A stretch of DNA of 63,744 nucleotides, filler included, from Octopus bimaculoides (taxonomy: Eukaryota): NCBI RefSeq assembly GCF_001194135.2. It is 6 parts of 5 records of this genome, joined end to end, with 100 filler letters (N's around TTAATTAATTAA, not from the genome) between each part and the next. Parts side by side here need not be neighbours in the genome. Positions count along the whole stretch, not along the records: positions 1 to 23,685 come from NC_068988.1; 5 more parts are not named here. One strand, 5' to 3'. Below the pieces are notes generated by a model. That model was given only the letters and a program-made list of their open reading frames with translations, was not told the origin of the DNA and searched no databases. The position numbers were made by a program, and so were the translations under genes. How positions within the stretch are numbered: the stretch's first letter is position 1; every line of letters begins with the position of its first letter. This document shows positions 1 to 11,822 of this stretch, piece after piece.

Positions 1-303
1 CCTTTCGTAAATAAAAGTGTGTAATGTAATTTGTGACATTAAAATGACAGAGGTTACCGTGGTCTTTTCGTAGGTTTTTCTTTCCACGGATAACCTCCCC
101 ATTTCTTGGGAATTTTCTGTATTATTTCGTATTTTTTGTAAATACCCCAAACGTTTTGCGATGTTTTTTTTGTTGTTTTTTTCATCGTTGTCCCCACTTT
201 TGTTTTTTTTACTGCTTTGTTTTCTCCCCCCTCGAAAAGAAAAACTCTACATTAGTATTTTGTCCCCTCTGTGTTGAGCCCTGTGTGGCTCATAAAGAAA
301 CAT

Positions 304-316
304 ATCTATCTATCTA

Positions 317-352
<36 letters not shown>

Positions 353-505
353 ACTATATTTATCTACATACCTACTTACGTATCTATATCTATTTATCTA
401 TCTACCAACCGATCTATCTATGTATCTATTTATTTATCTATCTACCTATCTATCGATCTATCTATCTATCTATCTATCTATCTATATCTATATTTCTATC
501 TATCT
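304..505. repeat. (TATC)n/(TGTC)n compound microsatellite
   Basis: Direct reading: tatctatc... and tgtctgtc... runs; explains the YLSI-repeat ORFs. Confidence 0.95.
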
Positions 506-1489
506 ATCTTTCACCCATTTTCTGTCGAACCTTTCAATCACCCACCTATCTAAATATCTATGTAATTAACCCCTGTATATTATACTCTCTCTCCTCCAAC
601 TCAACTCTTTCCGCACATCCACTTCTTTCTTCCATATTCCTACTGCACGACGGGAAGAGAGAAACCAGTTAACAATGGAAATGACAAGTGACTAGAGTGT
701 GATATAAGTTACCACACTCTCAACATACATGTGTTTGTGTGTTTGTTGCAACTGGATACGCACGAAATTCACGGTATTAATTCTTCTAATCGGGGTATTT
801 ATTCAATGTGAATGCTCTACAATTAATTAGAAATTAGTTACGGCTATTTCCAATATCTATGCGAAATAAATGAAAGGGCAGAATAAATCTCGATTAGATT
901 TCTCTGAAGATGTTATATAAATAACATTTGACCAAGTGAGGTTACATATTAAACGATATAGACGTACAAGGGAAGTGAAATGAATGTTTGTATGCACAAT
1001 TAACGCACTTAGTGTTAACAAATTACTGACAACACCTCCAGGGTTTATTACTATATTTAAATATTGGTTTTTGGATCCTGATTTTCACGACAAAAGTATA
1101 CACGAATAAAATACATTACATATAGGTCTCTACTCGAAGCAACCAAACTGGATCAGCACTTGGCTGCTTAGCTGGTTAATAAATACTGAACTATGAGTAA
1201 AACTTTCTGCCTTTTGGGGAATAAGAAATCTGGAATTCAGTGATGTTCATGCTTTTATTGTAAGACTTTGTGTGTGACATATTATAACCATCATAATTTA
1301 TTAAAAGAGAAAGTTACGGAAAACCGGTTGCACGGAGTCACTCGGGTGAGCATAAATAGGAGAGAACATACGTATTTACATATTTACACAAACACATTCG
1401 CGCGCGAGCGTGTGTGTTTATGTGTGTGCGTGCGTGCATGCGTGTGTGTGTGTGCGCGCAACGCGATTGAGAGTCGTCTATCTTCTATT

Positions 1490-1944
1490 TTTTATCTTGC
1501 TTCGGTCTTTTAAGTACGACCAAGGGATTTTAGTCGAATAAATCTATCCTTTTTTTTTTTATAAAGCCTAATACTTATTTTATCGGTGTCTTATGCCGAA
1601 ACGCTAAGTCACGGGGACATAAACACGGCAGTAACGATTGTCAAGCGGTGATGGGGACAAACGCAGACACAAAGTCAAACACATAAATATATACATACGT
1701 ACATATATATAAATATACATATGTGTACGTGTGTGTGTGTGTATGTATGCATGCATGTATGTATGTATGTATGTATGTATGTATGTATGCATGTATGTAT
1801 GTATGTATGCATGTATACGACAGGTTTCTTTCAGTTTCCGTCTTCGAAATCCACAGATAAGGCTTATAGAGGAAGACACTTGTCCAAGGTGCTTCGCCGT
1901 AGGACCAAACCCAGATCCATGTGCTTACCTCACAGCCACACCTA
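1490..1944 (-). mobile_element. tRNA-derived SINE, family A (degenerate full-length copy)
   Basis: Reverse complement has the family-A head (TAGGTGTGGCTGTGAGGTAAG...CACCTTGGACAAGTGTCTT), GACGGAAACTGAAAGAA, an internal (TATG)n tract and the 3' block; same family as 7519-7945. Confidence 0.85.
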
Positions 1945-2030
1945 ACTTTTATTCGTTACTTGTTTCAGTCACTTGACTGCGGCTACGCTGGGGCACCGTC
2001 TCGAAGAATTTTTGTCGAACGAATATATAA
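1945..2030 (-). mobile_element. family A SINE 3' fragment
   Basis: TTACTTGTTTCAGTCACTTGACTGCGGCTACGCTGGGGCACCG is the reverse complement of the family-A tail. Confidence 0.75.
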
Positions 2031-2344
2031 GTACATGCGTGTGTGTGTGTGTGTGTGTGTGTGTGNNNNNNNNNNNNNNNNNNNNNNNNNNNNNNNNNNN
2101 NNNNNNNNNNNNNNNNNNNNNNNNNNNNNNNNNNNNNNNNNNNNNNNNNNNNNNNNNNNNNNNNNNNNNNNNNNNNNNNNNNNNNNNNNNNNNNNNNNNN
2201 NNNNNNNNNNNNNNNNNNNNNNNNNNNNNNNNNNNNNNNNTGTGTGTGCGTGTTTGTGTATTTGAAAAATTGAGCAGAAATGGCTCACTTGTAAACATTA
2301 TTATTAAAATAAAGTTATCACAAAATAGCCATCTCTACTCATTT

Positions 2345-3077
2345 TTCCTAATATATAATACCGTACCAAGAACTTGATTCCTTCACTTCCCATCGCACGT
2401 AACTTAGCTCTGGCAATACTTCCCATGTGTTGGGCTTCAAGATGCTGGTTTAACTCCAGTTTTTTCACCCTCGCTTGGTCCGCACTACCAGTCTTCCAGG
2501 CTCGATCCGCTTTCTGTACTCCTCAATTGTCGAAAGGGACGTATTGAGTTTCCAGCAGCCAGATCCCTGACTATGCAACTTATCTACCGTCAGTTTACAT
2601 TTTCTGTTCATGTTCGAGCCAACACAATCTGTGTGTGCGTCACATATTGTGGTAAAGTCTCCTAACAATACTAGTGAATGCGACGTGGCCAGGAACTTGC
2701 CCAGGTCACGAAGATATTCACTTTGGGGGCCCATAATCTTAGGTGCATAAATAGCGACTAGCCTGATTATCTTGCCTCAGCTGAATGTCAGGTCAAGAAC
2801 GACCAACCTGCCTTCTGGGTCAGAAAAAAAACACTTTTTCTCGGCTACTCGGTTTCTTTTTAGTAGGACCAACACCCCACCCACTTCCCGTCCGACTCAG
2901 AGAAACGTATTTCCTATATTTGTTCAAGAGGCAGAGCAGATCTCTTGGCCCCTTTACCTGGGTTTCCGTTGCAACAATCACATCCAATTTTCTTGACCTG
3001 ATGTCATTTAGGAAGCGTCCTTGCTTCCAGCTAGACATCAGGCCACGAACATTTACACAACCAATGTGAATAGACAT
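2345..3077 (-). pseudogene. LINE ORF2 apurinic-endonuclease domain fragment
   Basis: MSIHIGCVNVRGL...DVIVATET and, in another frame, ...LVLLGDFTTI (xxNVRGL, QET-like and GDFN-like APE motifs). Confidence 0.85.
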
Positions 3078-3199
3078 GACTTACCTGTTAATCAGGGCTT
3101 TTCCGGTGGAGAGGAACCTTTTCTTGATACAGGTTCGGAGGTGGCAAGTCTTGGAAAATAGATTGGTTAAAATCTTGTCTCATTACTGACACAAACTTC

Positions 3200-4399
3200 C
3201 TGTACGTATTTAATAAAATATAATGAGTCTTTTTGTCTATTTCATATAGTTCATAATTTTTGTAATTTGGCCGACAGTTCTGCTATCCTGGTGGCTGACT
3301 ATTTTGTTTTTTTATCTCTTCCATTAAATCCTCATTTTTACTACGTAGTGCCACAATTCCTCTGTTCGTTATTTCTTTCCTTGTTTTTGGTTGGACTCTT
3401 TTTGCTGTCTTTTTTGGTCCTGGATCTATTTGTTTTGGTTGGTTTAGATTTTATATTTTTCTTTTGCTAGTAACTTTCTTTTCTTTTTATTTTTTTTCTT
3501 CCTCTTCATCTTCAGATTCCTCCTCGCCTTCCTTACAGTATTTTTTTTATATGGCCTTGCTGACCACACAGAAAACATCGGGGTTTATGCCCCTCGACAA
3601 AAACGTTGAGGAACTCCTCCCCAACTTCTATTTTTTCTGGAAGCTGTTCCAATACAGCTTGTTTTGTTTGAATAATCAGGTGGACCGTATGGCCGGTCCA
3701 ATTTGCTTTTTCAGAGACGGTACCCTAAAGTAGCTTTATCTTATCTACTCTTTCTGACAGGACTGCCGCCATCAACCACATAAGGTCGAATTGAGGTGGG
3801 ACCTTTCGTATTCGTATTTTGGCTGTCCTCATACCCATGTATATTGGTGTTAAAATTACGTCTTCTATTTTCAATGATTTCACCGAGTGCAACTGTGCCG
3901 CTTCAATATTTTTTAGGTGTACCTCGATGGTACCAAACTTTTTCCCTCTGGCTAGATATGTGATATCCTGCCAGATGGGCTTTAATCATTTCTATACCTT
4001 TTCCTCGTTTACTCGCTCGGTTTTTTTTCTTTCTTTTTAGCAATACGTCTTCAATATAATAGTTTTTTCCTTCTCTGTCAGTAAAAACTCTTCTGGTGGT
4101 TGAACCTTGACAACGCCGTCTTGAATTGTTATCATGTCCTTGTACATCAACAAATTACTTTTTTTCGTCGACAGTTGGCGAGTTCTGTCTCCAGCTGCAG
4201 ACACAAAACTTCTGTTCTGTTTGCCTTCTTCCGTTTGAAGGCTTTTCACCATGATGTTCCTCCTTGCAACGGGAGTCCTCGACAATAGTGAGAATTCGTT
4301 TTCAGACGAATCTGAAACATCTTGCAATAATATTTTTTCAACTTTTTTGGCCTCTAAATCTGCCGAATCCTCGTCAAACGAAGACAAACTTTTTGACAT
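3200..4399 (-). pseudogene. LINE ORF1 (gag-like, zinc knuckle), frameshifted
   Basis: Manual translation across frameshifts: MSKSLSSFDED... LKPIWQDITYLARGKKFGTIEVHLK...PIYMGMRTAKIRIRKVPP... FVEGHKPRCFLCGQQGHIKK(Y)C = C-X2-C-X4-H-X4-C, then an acidic/Lys-rich tail. Confidence 0.8.
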
Positions 4400-4574
4400 C
4401 TTGCCAGCAATTAATGTTTCTCCCTACAGGGGAAAACACACAATAGTTTTTGAACAAAAAGTATTATACAAACTTAAACAGGTACAGCAAATACAACATA
4501 TTCGGAAACACTCTCCGTAACGCTTACATACAAGCACTCACATGTACATGCTCTCAGAATCTAACAAAGGAGAA

Positions 4575-4775
4575 TCTATGTGGTCGCTCGGCATGCTAGA
4601 AATAGCAGCAAATTATACTGAAACTAAACTTTACTGTGTTAAATTACGAAACGAGTTGTTAGTTAATCTATTCCTACATATCCCTAAACGAACAGAAAGA
4701 TCACGGCTGTAATGTATTCGACCATAGTCAGCTTGATCGGTAGTGACCTGGAGGTTAACCAATGATGACAGATGC
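4575..4775 (+). repeat. interspersed repeat fragment, family E (degenerate)
   Basis: GCTAGAAATAGC...GATC...TGACC block; related degenerate copies at about 37925-38135 (+) and 26230-26330 (-). Confidence 0.45.
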
Positions 4776-4968
4776 TCTCACGAATCATAATATAATTACA
4801 GTTAGCGGTGAAAACTTAATAATATAGTGTAGATGAATAGTTGCTGATGTGGTGCACATGAATAATTAATGATATGATGTACAGGTGCAATTAATGACGT
4901 GGTATATAGGCATAGGTGTACATGTACACTGCAACTATCTGCTCCTATACCAAAATGTGCTTGTGTGT

Positions 4969-5000
<32 letters not shown>

Positions 5001-5432
5001 TTATGTGTGAGTGTGTGTGAGTGAATGTCTGTGTGTTTGTATGTGTTTATTCAAATGAGGCGGATTACAAACCTAGCTGTGGTCATTTCGAATTTGAAAT
5101 TGATATACTCACTCAAACATGTGATAGTATATTCAACATTAAATTGCAGTTACCCTAGTTTTTGGAGCGGATGTCTCTTTTAATATGCACATATTTGTAC
5201 ACGCATATACATTATATAGAAAGAAGGAAGGACGAGTGGATGGATATATATATATATATATATATATATANNNNNNNNNNNNNNNNNNNNNNNNNNNNNN
5301 NNNNNNNNNNNNNNNNNNNNNNNNNNNNNNNNNNNNNNNNNNNNNNNNNNNNNNNNNNNNNNNNNNNNNNNNNNNNNNNNNNNNNNNNNNNNNNNNNNNN
5401 NNNNNNNNNNNNNNNNNNNNNNNNNNNNNNNN

Positions 5433-5519
<87 letters not shown>

Positions 5520-5868
5520 CGAATATGGGTTTATGTCGACATGTGTACATCTTTGTGCACGCATGAGTGTACTCGTGGACATTTGAAAATATGTGTGTAA
5601 GTCTGTGTGTGTGTATGTGTGTGTGTGTGTGTATCCATGCTGGTAGATGTATATCTGTGTATGTGTGTAAACCTGTTATGCATCAACCTCACAAGTTACA
5701 TCTTGACTCGTTTAATTGAAGCATTTAATAACTGAGCACCATAAATAATTGGAAATTAGTTTTGCCTGTGACCAATGTCTATATAGAATAAATTAACGGA
5801 AAGAACAACTCGCAGACATACTCATATAAAGAAAATACGTGCATACTTACCTTACAATAAACTTTCAG

Positions 5869-5913
5869 TACATCTATACGTTTCAGCGACTACTCTCCTC
5901 TTCAGCCAGTGTA
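5869..5913 (-). ncRNA. minimal type I hammerhead ribozyme motif (core intact, stems I/II degenerate)
   Basis: Minus strand TACACTGG-CTGAAGA-GGAGA GTAG TCGCT-GAA-ACGT-A-TAGATGTA; all core bases present, ACGU palindromic stem III, GUA cleavage triplet. Confidence 0.55.
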
Positions 5914-6301
5914 AACAAAGAGATACACCTGTAAACTGCTGATGTAAATGTAAAATCAGAAAAAAAAGAGATTTATCTCATAATTTGACACAAATGAAAT
6001 GCACAAAGTAAGTCCTGATTCTTCTAATCAAGCTATGTATTCATTGAGTGTGCTCTATAACCAATCAGAGAGATTAGTGAGGACTAAAAAGAATGTCTTT
6101 GTGGAATAATTATATGTATGTGCACTCTGTTATATATGCATATCACAGTGCCTATTAACTTACGGCTAAATGTACGTGTGTGTTTGTGCATATACACACA
6201 TATTTTTGTGTTTGTACGTGAGTGTATATATACTAATATATACATTTTAAAATTAGTATATATACATATATGTCTCTCTCTATATATACATCTCTCTCTA
6301 C

Positions 6302-6382
<81 letters not shown>

Positions 6383-6802
6383 TANNNNNNNNNNNNNNNN
6401 NNNNNNNNNNNNNNNNNNNNNNNNNNNNNNNNNNNNNNNNNNNNNNNNNNNNNNNNNNNNNNNNNNNNNNNNNNNNNNNNNNNNNNNNNNNNNNNNNNNN
6501 NNNNNNNNNNNNNNNNNNNNNNNNNNNNNNNNNNNNNNNNNNNNNNNNNNNNNNNNNNNNNNNNNNNNNNNNNNNNNNNNNNNNNNNNNNNNNNNNNNNN
6601 NNNNNNNNNNNNNNNNNNNNNNNNNNNNNNNNNNNNNNNNNNNNNNNNNNNNNNNNNNNNNNNNNNNNNNNNNNNNNNNNNNNNNNNNNNNNNNNNNNNN
6701 NNNNNNNNNNNNNNNNNNNNNNNNNNNNNNNNNNNNNNNNNNNNNNNNNNNNNNNNNNNNNNNNNNNNNNNNNNNNNNNNNNNNNNNNNNNNNNNNNNNN
6801 NN

Positions 6803-6874
<72 letters not shown>

Positions 6875-6945
6875 TCACTGCCTGGAATCGAACCCGGAAT
6901 CTTGGGGTTAGTAGCCCGCACTCTTAACCACTACGCCATATGCCC
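6803..6945 (-). mobile_element. tRNA-Arg(ACG)-derived pseudo-tRNA/SINE head followed by (AAT)n
   Basis: 6945-6873 reads GGGCATATGGCGTAGTGGTTAAGAGTGCGGGCTACTAACCCCAAGATTCCGGGTTCGATTCCAGGCAGTGACC: A and B boxes, colinear with eukaryotic tRNA-Arg(ACG); acceptor and anticodon stems broken; (AAT)n runs into a gap. Confidence 0.8.
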
Positions 6946-6979
6946 ATGGGCCAAATGCCCGAAAACACCGATCGAGAAT

Positions 6980-7032
6980 TCCCTATACTGACCTGACAGT
7001 TTCGGCTATTTCTGTTGCCTCATCAGTTACGA
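6980..7032 (-). ncRNA. type I hammerhead ribozyme motif (left arm)
   Basis: TCGTAA-CTGATGA-GGC AACAGAAATA GCC-GAA-ACTGTCAGGTCAGT-A-TAGGGA; core intact, stem I partly mismatched. Confidence 0.65.
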
Positions 7033-7358
7033 CAGGCTCGACTTCGGCAGATTCCGCACTAAATTCTCTGTCAGTATATATGTTCCATCATAAAAATGTA
7101 TGGACAATTTAGTGAATCACTAATGTATACACATTGGAGCATTTTAGCTCTTACTTATAACAATATAGGTTTTCTTAAAACCCTAGTCATATTTAGTCGC
7201 AATTATAGTTTTCCTTTTTAGTAAAACATTGCACAATGCTATCTATATTAATTTTCCGTCTACAAATTAGCGATTCACTGAATCATCCAAAGCTTTTTTA
7301 TGGCGAAGCATACATTATGACAGATAATTCAGTCCGGAATCTGCCGAATTCTAACCAG

Positions 7359-7402
7359 TCCTTACTGATGAGGCATCGGAAATTGACCGGTCGGTATAGT
7401 GA
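7359..7402 (+). ncRNA. type I hammerhead ribozyme motif (right arm, stem II partly deleted)
   Basis: TCCTTA-CTGATGA-GGCATCG-GAA-ATTGACCGGTCGGT-A-TAGTGA; stem III is the palindrome ACTGACCGGTCAGT with two wobble changes. Confidence 0.55.
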
Positions 7403-7518
7403 ATTCTTGATCTGTGTTTTCGAGCAATAATGGTCCCTGTCAGTGTAAATATAAAACTAAACCTATTTAAGAAAAGTCATTCAATTATTGGAGACTTCAC
7501 GCCAAATAAAAATTACCT

Positions 7519-7945
7519 AGGTGTAGGAGTGGCTGTGTGGTAAGTAGCTTGCTTATGAACCACATGGTTCCGGGTTCAGTCCCACTGCGTGGCACCTTGG
7601 GCAAGTGTCTTCTACTATAGCTTCGGGCCGCCCAAAGCCTTGTGAGTGGATTTGGTAGACGGAAACTGAAAGAAGCCCGTCGTATATATGTATATATATA
7701 TATATAGATAGATGTATATGTGTGTATATGTTTGTGTGTGTGTGTGTGTTTGTCCCCCCAACATCGCTTGACAGCTGATGCTGGTGTATTTACGTCCGTG
7801 TAACTTACCGGTTCGGCAAAAGAGTCCGGTAGAATAAGTACTAGGCTTCCAAAGAATAAGTCCTGGGGTCGATTTGCTCGACTAAAGGCGGTGCTCCAAC
7901 ATGGCCATAGTCAAATGACTGAAACAAGTAAAAGAGTGAAAGAGT
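7519..7945 (+). mobile_element. tRNA-derived SINE, family A (full length)
   Basis: Head GGAGTGGCTGTGTGGTAAG...GGTTCAGTCCCACTGCG, CORE-like CACCTTGGGCAAGTGTCTT, internal TA/GT microsatellite, tail GACTGAAACAAGTAAAAGAG; many copies in this window. Confidence 0.92.
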
Positions 7946-7962
7946 AAATAATGAGTATTTTA

Positions 7963-8345
7963 ATATACAATTATTGATGACGTCGTTGGATAACTAAAGA
8001 AAAGAACTACAGATAAGAATTCTATTTTACGCATAATAGAAACTTAGATACTTCACGTTTCAATAATCAATTATAACCATTTACTTATTATATTAAATCT
8101 TTTTATAAGATTCACCTTATTATATAATAATTAAAAAATTATTATAATTCATAACATATACAATTATTGATGGCGTTGCTGGATCACTGCAGAATAAAAA
8201 TTACAGGATTCTATGTTATGCTTAATAGAAGCTGGGATATTTTACATCGCGATAATTAATTATCTATTTGCTCAATATGTTAACCCTTTTATAGGAATTA
8301 TAAAATTATCATAAAATAATTAGAAAACTATTATAATTAATAATT
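7963..8345. repeat. two diverged tandem copies of a 193-bp AT-rich unit
   Basis: ATATACAATTATTGATGACGTCGTTGGATAACT at 7963 and ATATACAATTATTGATGGCGTTGCTGGATCACT at 8156. Confidence 0.8.
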
Positions 8346-8453
8346 GAAATCTTTGAATGTCTTTCTAAATTTATGGCAATATAGGTAAAGTGGTCATTAA
8401 AATTCGATACTTTAAGATGTTACCATATATTTAGAAAGACATTCAAATATTTC
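8346..8453. repeat. about 37-bp inverted repeat (hairpin)
   Basis: GAAATCTTTGAATGTCTTTCTAAATTTATGGCAATAT versus the reverse complement of 8417-8453, GAAATATTTGAATGTCTTTCTAAATATATGGTAACAT. Confidence 0.9.
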
Positions 8454-8679
8454 TATTATTATTCTAGAATATTATATTAGCTGTTCTGATACTGAAGATT
8501 AATGTCCTAGATTACACTAACAATATGAGACTTTTAGATCAGAGAATACAGTAGGTTGAACTATACTCGTCTCATTAAATATTTCTTCTACCAAAGTATT
8601 AGTGTTTATATTTAGTTCGAATTTTCAACATGTATATGATTTTTCATACAAATACACAACTATCTATTTAGTAATTCTC

Positions 8680-9310
<631 letters not shown>

Positions 9311-9565
9311 ATATATATGTATTCAGGGGTCGGGCGTTTGCATGTGTGTACGTGCGCGCGACTGCTTGTATCCACATAATATTTAGACAATTAATGTCTC
9401 TGAGCTATTCTTCTTATAAGATTAGTGAACGAAACAAATCATTTTATTCTAAAGCTGGAAAAATGTCCTGTTTGTTTTGGCTGATAATACCAACCGTCTA
9501 GTTGTTTATTGTATTATTAGGCAGCGTAAGAAAAAAAGGTGCATCAGGCTACAAGGTGCATTTCT

Positions 9566-9624
<59 letters not shown>

Positions 9625-9809
9625 TTCTAAGATTTAGTGTTTTCTACTATATTATTTGGTTGAGTGTTTGCTCTCACTATAAATAACCTTGTCGTATTTA
9701 TATTTAAATGTATGTCAGAGGATTTTCCGATATATATATTTTTAGAGTGAAATATAACGCAGATTAAAACTGGCAGATACTGTTTGTTTCCAACCTTTAG
9801 CTCTGCGTT

Positions 9810-10040
9810 GAAAGTGAAGTGTCCTAGTGATTAGATTATTGGATTTACAATAGTTAGTTCGAAGTTCGAGTCTCAGACTTGTTACATTCTGAACTTCAAC
9901 AGGTTATTTCATTTTACGTTGGTTAAGTCTGCTCAGTTGAGCATGAGTGTACCAGCAGCAACTGGGAGTTGAGCCTTCGTTGAAGTTAGGCACAGTTCAG
10001 AGAAAGTAAGATCTTATACATTCAGCAAGAAACCCGGATA
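9810..10040 (+). mobile_element. old tRNA-headed SINE-like fragment
   Basis: A-box-like AGTGTCCTAGTGATTAG and B-box-like GTTCGAGTCTC, followed by a degenerate SINE-like body. Confidence 0.35.
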
Positions 10041-10199
10041 TGCTTTGGTCTCATGAGATTAGATGGCAGTAAGAGGACAGTACATATAAATTGTCATGCT
10101 GTAGTATATAATTTCGATGTGTGAAGTGTGATCTGGAGTGAGAAAAAGTTACATTGTATCTCGAACAACGGTTGTTCACATCGGGTTGTTCGATTAAGC

Positions 10200-10480
10200 C
10201 AGCATTGAGCAAGAAAGTGAGGCCGCTAAATTGTTGTTATACGCTGAAGATTCTTAAACGAGTGACGACGCATTGAATAATTTAGTCCGAGGTAAATCTG
10301 ATCGTAATATGGAATGGTCTTAACTGAAAAATTTTTGCTCATATTTCTGTTTGATTAAGGATGCACTGAGACCGAAGAACAACTGGTCTCCATGAACACA
10401 GCTATCATCATTTCTAATGCTACAGCACTACTGTCAGGTTTGATAATGTAATCCCAGATACTTGTAATGCTTTTGGATTA
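10200..10480 (+). pseudogene. possible highly decayed LINE reverse-transcriptase fragment
   Basis: One frame gives AAKLLLYAEDS (YADD-like) and downstream PRYL (KYLG-like), interrupted by stops. Confidence 0.3.
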
Positions 10481-10678
10481 TGGTCAGCTCACTCAGGAGT
10501 CACCTGATACCAAATAACGTTGATTTTGTATTTCAAATAGAGCTGATCATTGGACTGAGACATCACTGAAACCAGTGCTGTTGCTAACTGCAGCATCATG
10601 GAGGTTGCGGTCCACCCGTGCAGTGTTGAAGTGAGGACGGACGAAAGCAATCGGCGCATATACGTTTTGCTTCTAGAC

Positions 10679-11018
10679 CAGTGGTTCTCAACTGGGGTCC
10701 ATATGGCCTCTCAGGGTCCATATAAGATTCTTGGGGTTTATGCAAAAGAAAATAGGAAATTGGGGATCCACAATAATACATTAAGAGCCTCTGAACAAAT
10801 TTTGCTTCAAATGTGTGTATTGATATTGCAAGAAACAACTAGATTTCTTTCTCTAACGTTTTACATAGTCCAAACTACACAAGTTAATTGGTGAATGACA
10901 AAATAGAAATCAATTTCCATAAAAGTAGCTTTTAAACATTGAATGGCTATGGGAGTACACCAGAATAAAATAGTAATATAAGGCGTCCATAAGTAAAAAA
11001 AATGGTTGAGAACCCCTG
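10679..11018 (+). mobile_element. hAT (Charlie-like) MITE
   Basis: TIRs CAGTGGTTCTCAAC ... GTTGAGAACCCCTG; 8-bp flanks TTCTAGAC / TTCTCGGC (6/8; NTCTAGAN target preference). Confidence 0.88.
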
Positions 11019-11187
11019 TTCTCGGCAATAAATTTGAACGGACGGCACTATTGAACTGATGGTGTTATTGAAAACTAAACATATCGGGTCAAAAATAGCT
11101 GAAGTAACGGATAAAGCACCGAATACTTTATGACCGGCTTTGATTAGGTTTAGCAATAGTTTATGGCAATATTTTCTGTCAGTGTGC

Positions 11188-11500
11188 TGGAAGAAGAAGA
11201 AGAAGAAGAAGAAGAAGAAGAAGAAGAAGAAGAAGAAGAAGAAGAAGAAGAAGAAGAAGGAGGAGGAGAAGGAGGAGGAGGAGGNNNNNNNNNNAGGAGG
11301 AGGAGAAAAGAAGAAGGAGGAGGAGGAGGAGGAGGAGAAGAAGAAGAAGAAGAAGAAGAAGAAGAAGAACAACAACAACAACAAGAACAAGAACAAGAAG
11401 AAGAACAAGAACAAGAAGAAAAAGAAAAAGAACAAGAACAAGAACAAGCAGAAGAAGAAGAAGAAGAAGAAGAAGAAGAAGAAGAAGAAGAAGAAGAATG
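11188..11500. repeat. (GAA)n/(GGA)n/(CAA)n trinucleotide microsatellite
   Basis: Direct reading; source of the poly-E/K/F ORFs. Confidence 0.95.
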
Positions 11501-11779
11501 GAGGCAAAGGCAAAAAACTTGTCAGAACTGAATCTAATGTTGCTTCTCCTTTCAATATTGATTCTAAATATTTCCCTTTTAAAGTCAGATCAAATATCAG
11601 AAACGCTCTATCTTTCTCCCGTCATTAACACTTTACAAGTTTACTGAGACGAAATCAGTACTAATTAACTATTTTAAGTGTTTTCTCGCATGTATTGCGC
11701 ATATATATACGTACATACGTATATACACGGACGTGGCGTGCATATATATGTGCGTGTATATATGATGTTTCTATGTGTT

Positions 11780-11822
<43 letters not shown>

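Larger units (their letters stand above)
2345..4520 (-). mobile_element. Tx1/L1-clade non-LTR retrotransposon relic (ORF1 + N-terminal ORF2, no RT)
   Basis: Minus strand: ORF1 from ATG 4399 with frameshifts, CCHC knuckle near 3536-3577; ORF2 from ATG 3077 with APE endonuclease motifs; ends near 2345 after IARAKLRAMGSEGIK. Confidence 0.85.
6956..7426. mobile_element. foldback element, about 165-bp inverted arms, each carrying a hammerhead motif
   Basis: Arms 6956-7124 and 7266-7426 align as reverse complements (e.g. TGCCCGAAAACACCGATCGAGAATTCCCTATAC vs TGCTCGAAAACACAGATCAAGAATTCACTATAC). Confidence 0.85.

Noticed and set aside
904-935. CTGAAGA-TGTTAT-ATAA-ATAACA hammerhead-like start
   Set aside because: Stem II forms, but there is no GAAA core afterwards.
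6873-6945. Functional tRNA-Ser(ACT)
   Set aside because: Acceptor and anticodon stems do not pair and an (AAT)n tail follows; reported as a SINE-like pseudo-tRNA instead.
11140-11628. Poly-E/K/F ORFs here, and similar low-complexity ORFs at 18042-18584, 31591-31896 and 34381-35145
   Set aside because: They are translations of trinucleotide microsatellites, open in several frames and on both strands, with no splice or domain evidence.
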